Shown here: piece after piece, positions 1 to 12,690 of the stretch | Layout: each line of letters starts with the position of its first letter | Position numbering within the stretch: the stretch's first letter is position 1 | NCBI RefSeq assembly: GCF_009914755.1 | Contig: NC_060947.1 | Source of the DNA: the human T2T-CHM13v2.0 reference genome, Homo sapiens | Direction: 5' to 3' (one strand) | DNA: 64,000 bases | The notes under the pieces: generated by a model | Database searches by the model: none | Told to the model about the DNA's origin: nothing | The model's input: the letters and a program-made list of their open reading frames with translations, nothing else | Position numbers and translations under genes: made by a program

Positions 1-1850
1 TTGAGGTAGAACCATTTTTTCCTGAACAACACCAGCCTGGGCAAATGAGGTTTGTTTCTCCTGGGTATATATAGGGTGTATGCTGGGAAAAATGGGCAAT
101 AATAATGGGGTTTTAAAGGCTGCCTGCTGGGGTGCTGAATTTGTTAAAAAGTTTCCCTTGGTTATGGCATCTGTAGCCTTTTGGTGTTCCTTACAATAGA
201 AAATGGCAGCCTGTGGTGGGAGTTTAGCCGCCTCCAGCAACTTGTAAATGAGTTTGTTATTTCCTGTGGGGGTACCTTTTGTGGTTAGAAAACCCCTTTC
301 CTGCCAGATTAAGACATGAGAGTGTAGGATGTGATATGCATATTTGGAATTGGTGTAAATGTTAAGCCTTCTTCCCTTGCTAGGGTTAGGGCCTTGGTTA
401 ATGCAACTAGCTCCACCTGTGAGAGGTAGTATGGCGTGGGAGAGCATTGGATTTTATGAGTGAGAGAGCTCAGACTTGGAGATGTTTACAGGGAAGAGGG
501 TGGCTGGGTTGAGAGCTTTACATCTCTGGAAGGTGATTAGAGGGTTTCCTATGAATAAGGCGTGTACCTGCAGTAAGCGGGATGGTGGGAGGCATAGAAG
601 GCATTGATGGCTCATGAGTTCCTGTAGGTTATGGGAAGATGCAATAGTAATGCTGTTGGTAGAGAGTGAGTTTCTGTGCCTCTGAGGCAAACAATGTGGC
701 CACACTCAAGATTTTTAAGCGGGGCGGCCAGCCTTGGATGACATAATTCAGTAGTTTTGAGAGGTATGCAGTGGCTTGTGGGACATTGCTGTATGTTTGG
801 CAAAGTAGTCCAAGAGCAAGGTCTTAGTTAGAATATACATACAGAGTAAGGGCTTGGTGCGGTTGGGCAGTCCCAGTGCTGGGGCTACAAAAAGGGCATT
901 TTTAATTTTTTTTACAGTTGTAGTTGATGGGGCAAGCTGAATCAAGGGGTTTTGTAATGGGTCTATGTGAGGCTGTGTAGAGCAGCTTGGCCAGTATGTC
1001 GAAATTGGGAATCCACAGCCAGAAGTATCCCATAAGGCCCAAGAAGGAGAGGAAGTGCTTCTTTGTGTGGGGAAGGGGTATGTCCCAAATTAGCTCCTTT
1101 TGTTGGGTTCGGATGGCCCGAGAATTAGGGGTTAGGGCAAGTCCAAGGTAAGTGACCTGGGTTTGGGCTACCTGAAATTTTGTGGGTGAGACCCGATATC
1201 CTCGACTATGGAGGAAGTTTAAAAGCTGAGTGGTGTATAAGATGGACAGGTGAAGGGAGGGGCTACAGAGAAGGAGGTTATTGATGTATTGGAGGAGGGT
1301 GCTAGAGGCAAGGGGAAATTTAGCTAGGCCCTTGGTGAGGGCCTGCCTGAACAGGTGGGGACTATCCTGAAACCCCTGTGGGGGTACAGTCCATGTTAGT
1401 TGGGTGGACATGTGAGTATAAGGATTTGACCAAGTGAAAGCAAAAAGGCTTTGGGGTGCCAGATTTAAGGGAATAATGAAAAAAGTGTTCTTTGGTTCTA
1501 ATACAGAGAAGTGTGTGATAGATGGAGGAATAAGGGAGAGTAAATATATGGGTTGGGGACAACCAGATGAATTGGCACCACCGCCTGATTAACAACTCAG
1601 AGATCCTGGACCAAGCAGTAGGACTCATCTGTCTTTTTGACAGCCAAGATAGGGGTGTTGTGAGGAGAGTTGACAGGCTTGAGAATTTGAGCTTGTAAAA
1701 GTTTACAGATGATAGGTTTAAGGCCCCAGAGGCTGGCTGGGTTAAGGGAATATTGAGACTGATGAAAAAAATGGAAGGGTTTTGGAGGGTTATTTTGACT
1801 GGGATGTGATGTGTGGCTATTGTGGGTTTAGAAACATTTTACACTTCAGG
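1..1850 (-). pseudogene. pol: ERV pol (RT-tether-RNase H), disrupted
   Basis: ORFs 902-1411 and 454-705. The catalytic YxDD reads YINN, with frameshifts. Confidence 0.9.
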
Positions 1851-1899
1851 GTTAACAGAAGCTAACAGGGCAGATAATGAGGATGAGGGGGAGGAGAGG

Positions 1900-2250
1900 G
1901 AAGCATCTGCGTGGCAGAGTAAAATAAAAAAGGTAGAATTGCAGGAGGCAAATTGTCTGGAGGCCTGGAACTTACTTAGTAGGTCTCACCCCCAAGATAG
2001 GGGAAGGGCACTGAGGGATAACCAGGAAGGAGTGGGTGAAGAGGGTGTTGAATAGGTTGCATTATAGAGGACCAGTCTGTTTGTGCCTAGAGGGGATTCC
2101 ATTGACTCCCACAATAGAGATAGAAGAACTGAGGAGGGGTACAGAATATTCTGGTAAAACTGAGTAACTAGCCCCCATATCCAATAGGAAAGACATGGGC
2201 TTACTAGTGACTGACAGCGTTACCTTGGGTTCCGTGGTGGTGATGGCAGT
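1900..2250 (-). pseudogene. pro: ERV protease, inactivated (DTG to DMG)
   Basis: ORF 2062-2364 contains EPKVTLSV..FLLDMGASYSVL. Confidence 0.85.
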
Positions 2251-2289
2251 GGGGACAGTGGGGACAGTGGATTCCGGGCCCCAGCATTC

Positions 2290-3760
2290 TTCAGTTATAG
2301 GTGATGAAGTGGGATGATGAGTTTTGCAGAGCACAGTCCGACTTCCAGTGTTCGTTGATGCCATGGATGGGGTAAGGTTTTGAGAGTGGCCTGGGATTAG
2401 AGCAGGCTTTTGCCCAGTGACCCTGTTGGCTGCACTTCAAACAGGTTTCCGGCAGAGTTTGTTGTAAGGTTGAGGATTTCTGTATGCATTGGGAACCCTG
2501 TTATTTGGCAGCTGCCAGCGTTTGGTATTTAGCCCGGTCTGTTTTAAGCTTTTGGGTTTTCAGTTTTTCCTCTCTATTGTTAAAGACCTTAAAGGTCACT
2601 TTGATTAAGTCTCTTTGGGAGATTTGAGGGCCATCCTCCAGTTATATATTTATTTATTTATTTGATGTTTGGGGCTTACTGGGAAATGAAGTGAAAATGG
2701 AGATAGATTCTGCCCTTATTGGTATTAGGGCATAAAGTGGTAGATTTAGTTACGGCCTCTGAAAGGTGGGAAAGGAAAAGAGCAGGAATGGCTTTATTTA
2801 TGCCAACTAAGAGGCATAATATGGCTAGAGATATCATATGGTCTTGTTTCTGTCTGCCTGCAAAATTTGCTTGATAATCCCAACTGGGATCAGTTCTGGG
2901 GGCACCTAGGGTCCTTACTGGGTTATGGGCAGCATCTTGTTGGTGGAAGGTGTTTGCATGGACCTGGGAGGACATCCAGATGTGTTCCCTGTTTTCCGGG
3001 GTGAGGATGGAGGAGAGGATGACATATATGTCATGCCAGGTAAGGTTATAAGATTGAGTGAAATGCAGAACTTCTTTGCGGTAAGAGGTGGGATCCGTGG
3101 AAAAGGAGCCTAGTCTCTTTTCAAGCTGAGAGAGGTTGGCTAGGGAGAAGGGAACATGATTTCAGATTATGCTTTCCTCCCTGTCACCTCTTATAAAGGG
3201 AAGACTTTGGAGGGCCTTTGAGCATGTGCCTGGTTTTTGTCGGAAGGGGGTTGGGCATGAGACACGGTTTGTTGGCCGGGTTGAAATTAGAGGAGGAAGG
3301 CATGTCCAGGGGAGGAGGCATTTTTGTGGGTTTTTTGCTGAAGAGGAGGATTTGAAAAGGTTAACAGAATTAGCAGAGATAGAGAGCCACGAACAGAGAT
3401 AAGCAAAGCACTTTGGATCATTTACCATTGCATTGGAAGTTTTTTAGATTTTGTTGAATTTAGAAATAAATGTTTTGATTTTTGGCCATTGATTATTATT
3501 GTCCAATTTACATTGGGGCTAGGCAACATTACAGAGGAAAAGTACAGAGGAAAGCAAGGCATTTGGTTTTAAGGAGTCCACTAAGCTCTGGGCTTGGAGA
3601 ATTCAGATGAGACATGTAAGAGGAGTAAATAAGGTGTTCAGTTTTAATGGAGTCCTCTAAGCCCTGGGCCTGGAGGTTCCAGATGAGACATTCGAGAGTG
3701 GTGTCTCCAGGTGGTTTTAAAGAGCCTTGCCCCATACTGGTGACTGGAAGGGTGAGAAAT
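2290..3760 (-). pseudogene. gag: ERV gag, disrupted
   Basis: Capsid fragment in ORF 2676-2975. One intact zinc knuckle and one degenerate one (YPIHGINEHWKSDC). Boundaries approximate. Confidence 0.8.
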
Positions 3761-4289
3761 TTAGAGGAGGGGAGTGAGTACCCCATTCCTCCCTGGATAA
3801 GGGACATAGGAGAGCCAGGGCATCCCTGCAGATCTTTGCTGTCCCCTGGAGGCCAGAGTGGCCAGAGCAGCTGGAGTGGCAAGCTTTCTGAGGGCGTCCC
3901 CTGAGAAGGTGGGCTGCGGTCACCTGGTGACCAGGGAGACCTCTCACCTAGCGCTGGGATTTTCTGGAACCAGAAGAAACAGAGAGGAATTCAGAAAAGA
4001 GGAAAGGGAAACTCATCCACTAATTGGAGACCAGTGTTGGATGTGATGTCCAACAATGGGATCAATCCTTGCTGGAGCTGCTTGGAAAGAGGAAGAAAGA
4101 AAAAGAGGACGGAGAGTTTGACCAGGGTCTGGAGGTTAGCCCAGGGCCAGAGAAGAAGAGAGAATAAGGCGAATGGGGCTGGGAACAGGGAGTCCACTCT
4201 GGATCAGGAAGCAGGCCCGGGTCTAGTTTTTGCTGTTTGCTACTTTCCAGGTTACAAGAGAAGACTTACACCTTAGAACTCAATCCTCA

Positions 4290-4307
4290 TACCTGGTTTC
4301 AGCACCA
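4290..4307 (-). promoter_or_regulatory. Primer-binding site, tRNA-Phe type
   Basis: Minus strand reads TGGTGCTGAAACCAGGTA, 15/18 identical to TGGTGCCGAAACCCGGGA, 3 nt from the LTR end. Confidence 0.85.
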
Positions 4308-4310
4308 AAA

Positions 4311-4754
4311 TGTTAGGTTTTGAAGGGAAGGTGAGGGTTAAAGAAAGACACACACACAAAAAGAGCTTCACAGCAAATGCAGGCTTTATGTCCAGGATAA
4401 AACCTACAGAAGTGGGGGACCAGCCTATGTCAGTGCCCGCTGCTGCTTACAGGCTGGGGTAATTTCTAGGTATGGGTAGGAGGGGTCTGAGCAATATGGC
4501 TTGCTGCCTGGAAGGATATTGATAAGATGTCCCCATGATGAGGTGGTTCTGGCCCTTGTTCCGGCAGAACGTGGTACTCCTTGTACTTTCTCCCAGCAGA
4601 ATATGATAAGAGGCAGGCTCTTTCTTCAGTTGGGCCTTTGTCCACCTTGTGGTCAGGTGGTTTATCAAGGCCCGAACCCCCATGAATTGTTTCACTTTGA
4701 CCAAGGTCTGCAAAATAGCAGGGAGCTTACAAAATGGTGCAGTTAGGACTAACA
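4311..4754 (-). mobile_element. 5' LTR of the provirus (LTR21/MER48-like)
   Basis: 444 bp with TGTTAG...CTAACA inverted termini, abutting the PBS. Subfamily from memory. Confidence 0.85.
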
Positions 4755-5577
4755 TTGGGCATATATCCAAAGGACATAAAATCAGTATGTCAAAGAGATA
4801 TCTGTACTCCTATGTTCCTTGGAACATTATTCTCAATAGCCAAGACATGGAAACAACCTAAGTGTGCATCAATTGATGAATAAATAAAGAAAATGTGGCA
4901 CACACACATACTTACATTATTATCATATATGTTATTATATAACAACATATTAGCTACAGTCACCATGCTGTAAAATAGATCCTCAGAACCTATTCATCTT
5001 ACAACTGAAAGTTTGTGCACTTTGATCAATATCCCCTCATTTTCTCCACACCATATATATAGAATATTATTCAGCCATAAAAAAGAATAAAATCCTGTCC
5101 TTTGTGACAACATGGATGAACCTGGAGGGCATAATGCTAGTGAAATAAGCCAGCCACAGAAAGCAAATACTGCATGATGTCAGTTATAAGTAGAATCTTA
5201 CCAACTCAAACTCATAAAAATAGACAGTACAAGGGTAGTTACTGGGGGTTGGGAGGTGGGGGAAATGGGGAGACGTTGATCAAATTGCACAAACTTTCAG
5301 TTATAGGATGATTAAGTTCTAAGGATTTATTATACAACATGTTGATTACAGTTGGTAATAATGTACTGTATACTAGAAATTTGCTAAGAGATAAGTATTT
5401 TCACCACACACACAAAAGGCATCTATGTGAATTAATGGGTATATTAATTAGCTTGATTATAGCAATCAATTCACAATGTATTGTGAATATCAAAACATCA
5501 AGTTGCACACCTTAAATATACACAAATTTTATTTGTCAATTACACCTCAATTAAGGTGGAGAAAAATAAAAATAAAG
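4755..5577 (+). mobile_element. L1 3' end (old L1MA/L1MB type), host of the provirus
   Basis: ORF2-end and 3'UTR signatures (CAATAGCCAAGACATGGAAACAACCTAAGTG; CAGCCATAAAAAAGAAT) plus an A-rich tail. Confidence 0.85.
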
Positions 5578-6144
5578 GGCTAAATCTTTTGGAAAAAGTA
5601 TCTGAATCCTCTGGTTGCCTACAATTTTTTCAAAGTTGTCGTCTTTTGGTTTTAAAAGAACCCCTGATTTGCTAAGCTTGATAAACATGATTCCAGATGT
5701 CAAATTAGTTTTTATTTGCTCAGGAATTGGTACTTTTCTTTGGAGAAATAAATGTGAAAGAGACTTCTATAATTAGATATCACTTAAATTAATGTTATTT
5801 TAATCTATCTTGGACAAATCTTTCTTTATTGAAAAAGGAAAATTTGTTATAGCACAACAAAGTGGCTCCCAAATACTCTTAGTGATGAAAGCTTTACTGG
5901 GGCAAAATGAGAAAAATAACACTGATACTTAAAAGGACACACATTTTTAGGTTAACTAGCTTTAGCTTGAATCCTGGGTCCATCACTTTTCAGTGGTATA
6001 GTATCACCTAATGCCTAGTAATAGCATAATCAATGTTGATAATTATATGTACATAATTACATATATTATATATATATATATATATATAAAATCACCATTG
6101 TGATTTTTGTTGGTTATTGCTATTCTAGGAAAAATTTTGTGTAC

Positions 6145-6385
6145 AAATGTTAAGAGTGCAGGCTCTGTACTCTGTCTGGCTTTGAGTACCAATTCTGCCA
6201 CATGTAAGCTTTGTGATGTTGAGGAAGACACTCAATGTCCTTGAGCCTCTGTTTCCTTTTCCATAAAATGTTGATAGTAATCATCAGACTTCATACAGTA
6301 ATAGTAAGATTTAAATGAAATAACGAACATGAAAATTTTAACTTAGTTCCCAGTACATTATAAATATTCAATATTAACTATTATT
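6145..6385 (+). mobile_element. MIR SINE
   Basis: Core TGAGCCTCTGTTTCCTTTTCCATAAAATG and a MIR-like 3' end. Confidence 0.7.
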
Positions 6386-6512
6386 TCCTGGGGAAAACAT
6401 TATATTTATCCTAGTCTTGGGTTCTTCTTACATTTGTGGTGGTCATTCTTTTTGTCAAATCTGGAAATGTTATATGATGAAATTAAAATCTAAATCTGAA
6501 CCCAGGAAAAAC

Positions 6513-7934
6513 TATATATATATATATATATACACATATAGTATATATATATATATATACATATAGTATATATATATATATACATATAGTATATATATAT
6601 ATACATATAGTATATATATATATACATATAGTATATATATATATACATATAGTATATATATATATACATATAGTATATATATATATACATATAGTATATA
6701 TATATATACATATAGTATATATATATACATATAGTATATATATATACATATAGTATATATATATACATATAGTATATATATATACATATAGTATATATAT
6801 ACATATAGTATATATATAAATATACACACACACACACATATATATACACACATATAAATACACGCACATATATATACATATATACACATACATACACGCA
6901 CATATATATACATATATACACATATATACACACACATATATACATATATACACATATATACATATATACACATATATACACATATATACACATATATACA
7001 TATACACATATATATACACATATATACATATACACATATATACATATACACATATATACACATATACACATATACACATATACACATATATACATATATA
7101 CATATATACATATATACACATATACGCATATATACATATATACACATATACACATATATACATATATACACATATATACATATATACACACATATACACA
7201 TATATACATATATACATATATACATATATACACACATATATATACATATATATACATATATACACATATACATATACATATATATACACATATACATATA
7301 TACATATACATATATATACATATATACATATATACATATACATATATACATATATACATATATACATATACATATATATACATATATACATATATACATA
7401 TACACATATATACATATATACATATACACATATATACATATACACATATATATACATATACACATATACACATATATACATATATACATATATACACATA
7501 TTTACATATATACATATACACATATATACATATATACATATATACATATACATATATACATATATACATATATACATATATACATATATATACATATATA
7601 CATATATATACATATATACATATATATATACACATATATACATATATACACATATATATACACATATATACACATATATACACATATATATACATATATA
7701 TACATATATATACATATATATACATATATACACATATATACATATATATACATATATACATATATACACATATACATACATATATATACATATATACATA
7801 TATATACATATATACATATATATATACATATATATACATATATATGCATATATATACATATATATACATATATATATACATATATATACATATATATATA
7901 CATATATATACATATATATATACATATATATATA
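6513..7934. repeat. ~1.4-kb compound (TA)n/(CATATA)n microsatellite
   Basis: Directly visible. Source of the spurious Y/I/M/C/V-rich ORFs. Confidence 0.98.
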
Positions 7935-8539
7935 TGACATAACCTGAATTAAATGAGAGCGTGAAATAGAAAAGCTGAGGTATAGAAAGGCCAAAAGTTC
8001 AGGAGGAAATTGTCATTGAAGAGATAGTTTATTACTCACAGTTCTCAAAGGGAGGGGACAAGCTATGGAAGTGAGGGGCACAGGACAGCACTGGAGTTGG
8101 TCAGGAGGCAGAGGGAGAAAGACTGTGAGAAGAGCCTTTTTGTGATTTGTGTGGGAAATGACAGATGACGCATGGTAAGCAGGCTGAGGACTGGCCCGTT
8201 TGAATACTTTCAGCAGGCTCTGGGGCATAGGGACTGTCTCTATTGGTCTGGTGCCTGGCCATGGGGGTGCTTAGGGCAGGTGAACAGTGGTCTCGAGTAT
8301 AAGAGCCTGATGAAAGAGATGGTTGGGATTGTGGGCTCTGGATTGGTTGGTTTGTATTTAAAAAGCACAAACCTGAGAAGCAAACTGTTACTAAGGAGAG
8401 TCAACAAGGAAGACGGGGAGCCAGGGCAAGATGACATGAGCATATTATTTGGTTGCTCAGAACAAGGTATGCCTGGCATACGCATATAGGGCAGATGTTT
8501 AGCTTCAAATTTGTGAAATATGGAAATGCGGCTAATACA
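7935..8539 (-). mobile_element. Solo LTR, ERVL class (MER74/MER54-like)
   Basis: TG...CA termini. The internal CAGCAGGCTCTGGGGCATAGGGACTGTC...GGATTGGTTGGTTTG resembles this group. Confidence 0.6.
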
Positions 8540-9364
8540 CTCCCCCTACCCCAAACTCGTAATGCTATTTCTTATTTGGTTGTTGGGTTGGTTTGATCAC
8601 TGAAACCCAAGTATGAAATCAACCGCAAGTGGCATCCTGCCATTTACTGGGTTGTTCTTAAAAATCATACACATTTTAAGGTACATATTTATTTATTTGT
8701 TAAATGATTGTTGAATGCCTACTTATTTCGCCTGTATTTTTATTTGTTTTCTCACTAAGTTTGAATGACAAGAAAAATTCAATTCTGAGAGAGTATTAGT
8801 CTTTACTTCTCTTTTGTCCTTCTTGTTGCCAAACACCTTTAACAACAATTATAATGAAAGGCTTAATAAAATAGAATAAACCTTATGAGAAAAAGTATAA
8901 CATAAAATAAGAAAAATAAATACCTCTCTTGTAACTGAAATATTTAATGGAAAAATTTCTATTTAAGAAAAAAATGCAGGGAATGTTCGGACATATAAGA
9001 TTTAAATATAAGGTTTAAATAACAACTTCTAAACCTTACAAATAATCACAAAACCATTAATAAAAATCAGTCTAATCATAATATATTATTAAAGGGAACT
9101 TGAGGTAGTACCACACATTTGTAGTTGAGAACCAAAACACATATAGCTTACCGTCCACATTAATATGTCTATATTTTTAGGCTGGTTTCACTAACATTAC
9201 TTTACTATTTTAACTTTTTCCCAGGAAGAGAAGAGTTGTAAATAACTTTATTGTTACTTTCAAGAACTTTCCCCAAACTCACTGGAAACGGCTCAGTTTT
9301 TCAATGGATAACATCAAATAATAGTACCCTCTTTCAATCTCTGAGATGAAAATTCTCATCTTAC

Positions 9365-9510
9365 AGTGTCTCCTAACTCATAACTATTACATAATCATTA
9401 CCTAATCCTAATCAAGCCCTCACATTGAAGAAATCATCTTAAACCAAACCCTAAAACCTCATAAATATTATGACACTGTCCCTCCCACTTCAGACACTCC
9501 TAACAAACAC
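9365..9510 (+). mobile_element. LTR fragment (MER110-like)
   Basis: AATCCTAATCAAGCCCTCACATTGAA...AAAACCTCATAAATA resembles MER110. Confidence 0.4.
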
Positions 9511-10560
9511 TGTAGCCCCAATATCTTTATTCCTAGGTCTGGTTATCTGAGACCCTTTTCAGGCATTTTTTCCAATGCCTCCCAATGGGGGGAATGAGAG
9601 ATAAGAACTACAGGACTATTGTCACATAACAACTCCATCCAAATCCCTGCACTAAGAGACTTGACCAAATTCTGCTATGGCATCTAACAGCCTAAGGCTG
9701 TGTCCCTAAGTTTATCCCAGCCCCCTATTTATATGCCTGCCTGGGAAAACTTAAGGCTACAAAGGAAATTTATTATTTGTTCTAGTCAGCACCTGATGAT
9801 AGACCCTGGACCTCCCTTTCTTAGAGCATTTTCTAAAAAGGGCTTACAATTGTGAACATGTATTTCTTGCAACTCAGAATGATCTTTCTCAAGGACACAA
9901 GAGCCATTCCATTGAAATGTAATCAACAAGAAGGATAAGGCCTCTCTCCTAGTCTCTGTGAGAGTATAGCATCCTAACTTCCATAACTTCCAGCAAGCAG
10001 ACACAGCTGGCCTAATCATGTTTACATTAACCAACCCTTCGTACATTTTCGCTTTTTTGACTCTACTGAGTGCCCAGAGTCCCTCCTCCTTCACGCTCCC
10101 TTGAAAATGTTCAGGCATGTTTCCACAAATGGGAATGGAGCTCAGTTCTTTCCCCTACAGTCAGTAATTACTGAATAAAACCTGTTTTTATCCAATGTTT
10201 GTCTATGTTTAATTTTGACAGGGGGAAACTTTGAAGAGACTTCTCTCCACTCTGACTTAGTCCCAGTATGTTTACACTCTTAACCCTTCTCCTTCTGCTT
10301 GCCTCTGGCCCTGGGTTCATAAAACTGCAGGGGCTTTCTGTTTCGGGCTCCCTCAGCAGGGAGAGGACCCCTTTATCTTTGCTGAGCCTCAACCAGTGCA
10401 ACTGTCCATAAGAGAAATCCAAGTTTCTCCAGTTTCCTCTCTTGTCTGTACATTGCAGTAAGTGATCAAGCATAAACTGTTTCATTATTGACTTGCTTTA
10501 ATTGTCTACTCCACTGCCTGATAGCTTAGCTCATTCCTGGCTCACCTGAGCTTCTGAAGA
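9510..10560 (+). mobile_element. Old LTR-like element split by the 9595-10220 LTR
   Basis: TG start, with TATA-like CATAAAA and polyA-like ATAAA in the right half. Family not recognised. Confidence 0.35.
9595..10220 (+). mobile_element. ERV1 solo LTR (MER67-like)
   Basis: TG...CA termini, AATAAA near the 3' end, and MER4-group motifs (GACTTGACCAAA, TGAAATGTAATCA). Confidence 0.7.
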
Positions 10561-10599
10561 TGTTAATTGTAATTTTTCATTCTTTGAAAAACTAGTAAT

Positions 10600-11315
10600 A
10601 TGGCCGTATTTGTTGCCATATAACAAACATTCGTATATATCTCCTTTTATGTATGTATGAAATTCTGCACTGTATGTCACTGAGAGTAGAAATAGTTGTA
10701 AATTATATGCAATTTTAATCCCCCTGATAGTTCTCAATTTCATATCAAGAGTGTTGTTCTAATCACACTTCCAGCAACTGTGAGTGAAAGTTTCTAATTC
10801 TCCATATTGTCATTAACTCTAAGTATGATCCATTTTTTAATATTTTTGTCAGTTTGATGGTTGTGAAATTGTAAATAATTTTGTATTAATCTGCATTTAC
10901 CTAATTATTGGTAATTTTGAGCATGCTCATGTTTCTGGTCCATTTTGATTTCCTCTTCTATGAAGTGCTTGGTCATATATTTGACAATTTTTGTTTGAGG
11001 TTTCTTTTTATTGATATCTTGAAGTTCGTTAATATGTTTGCTAATATTATTTTCTGGTATACATTTCAAATATCTTATTCCAGATTGTGGTTCATATCTG
11101 CTTATCCTACATTTTGCCATTCAGAATTTATCAGCACTTTATGACTTGTGTTTTTTGTGTTTAAGTTAATCTTTTTCTACCCTGAGGTAAAAAAGTATTT
11201 TTTCTAAGACTTAAAAAGTCTTTTTATGATTTGCTTTTAAATCTATGGAAATTTATGTCTGTGAATTTTGTGATGAAGAAAGCTTTGGATTTTTTATCAT
11301 GAGATTATTAGTTAT
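10600..11315 (-). mobile_element. Ancient L1 (L1ME-like) ORF2/3' fragment
   Basis: ORF 10905-11120 resembles the L1 ORF2 C-terminus (HFIEEEIKMDQKH). The + strand is T-rich. Confidence 0.65.
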
Positions 11316-11776
11316 TGTGATGGTTAACACTGAGTGTCAACTTGATTAGATTGAAGGATGCAAAGGATTGTTCCTGGGTATGTCTGTGAGGGTGTTGCCA
11401 AAGGAGACTAACATTTGAGTCAGTGTACTGGGAGAGGCAGACACACCCTCAGTCTGGGTGGGCACCATCTAATCAGCTGCCAGTGCAGCTAGGATAAAAG
11501 GAGGCAGAGGAATGTAGAAGGACCAGACTGGCTCAGTCTTCCTACCTTCATCTTCCTCCCATGTTGGATGCTTCCTGCGCTCAAATGTAGGACTCCAAGT
11601 TCTTCAGCTTTTTGATTCTTGGGCTTACACCAGTGGTTTTCCAGGGGCTCTCGGACCTTTAGCCATGGACTGAAGGCTGCACTGTCAGATTCCCTACTTT
11701 TGAAATTTTGGGACCCGGATTGGCTTCCTTGCTCCTTAGCTTGCAGATGGCTTATCGTGGGACTTCATCTTGTGAT
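11316..11776 (+). mobile_element. MLT2A (HERV-L) solo LTR, 3'-truncated
   Basis: Canonical start TGTGATGGTTAACACTGAGTGTCAACTTGA. The terminal polyA/U5 part is missing. Confidence 0.88.
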
Positions 11777-12519
11777 AGACTCACACTATATTAAATAATG
11801 AATACTTTTCTACTGATACGTAATAACATCTCTTTCATATAATTTATTTGCTTTTCCTCTGTGTTCCTCACAAGCGAAACTGAAAACATTCTCCAGTAAT
11901 TATCAGAGTGCCTGGCACATAGTAGACAATACATGTTCAAGGAATGTATCAGTAAGGACTTTTGAGAAGGCTAATGCCCTATCTGGATGGAATTTGGGGT
12001 AGCAACTATTAGAAAAAGATATTTTTTCTTTCATTGTGTCACATGGTTCCTCTGATTATTTTTCTCACTGATTGAGAGTTGATTAGTTATTAAGTCAACA
12101 CCTAGAATAAGACTGATTCTTAACTACTACCAAATATTAACCTTCTGTTTCAATGGACCCATTCCACTTAATTTGTATCCAATATAATATATTTATTTCA
12201 ACCTGCTGGTCTTTGCTTTACCTCATTTAGCAGACGTTTCTTCTTTTTGTCTAGTGATACAAATATAGTTACGTCAAAACCTATTTTATTTTTTATATTT
12301 CTAGAAGCCCATCTTGTCTATTCCAGGTGCCGATAATTTTTTACTTCTCCCACCCACCATACCCACTAAAGTGCTTAATATTGAGGAGGTTTTTGTGATA
12401 TCTTGGCCTTTCTTGGTCTCTATGTCTTATGCTTGCCATGCAGATTATCTATCAATTATATTCAGATTTCCAACTAAGGTAGTTTAAAAAGTTAGAGAAT
12501 GTTATACTTGAAAAAAAAC

Positions 12520-12690
12520 TTAGATTTTATGATGTCCAGTTTATAGATAAGAAAACTAGGCCTGAAAGAAGTGAAGGGATTTTCCCAAGGCCATAGAGCT
12601 AGCGAGTGGCTAGCAAGTGGTAGGGTTTGTATTTGGACAATAATGTATTGAATTTCATATCATGTCTCTTCCCTGTTTCACCATTCTTAG
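12520..12690 (-). mobile_element. MIR SINE fragment
   Basis: TTTATAGATAAGAAAACTAGGCCT..TTTCCCAAGGCCATAGAGCTAG. Confidence 0.6.

Larger units (their letters stand above)
1..4310 (-). mobile_element. ERV1 (HERV-F group, HERVH48/HERVFH21-like) internal region: leader-gag-pro-pol, defective, runs off the window edge
   Basis: Minus-strand translations give gag capsid (PALFLSHLSEA..HFISQ), CCHC knuckle CLKCSQQGHWAKAC (~2402-2443), protease FLLDMGASYSVL, RT LTWTVPPQGFQDSPHLF/LLQYINNLLL, and RNase H ELVALTKAL..NIYTNSKYA. Adjacent PBS and LTR. Confidence 0.92.

Noticed and set aside
6483-7994. 503-, 463-, 325- and 133-aa ORFs
   Set aside because: They are translations of a stop-poor TA/CA microsatellite, with low complexity.
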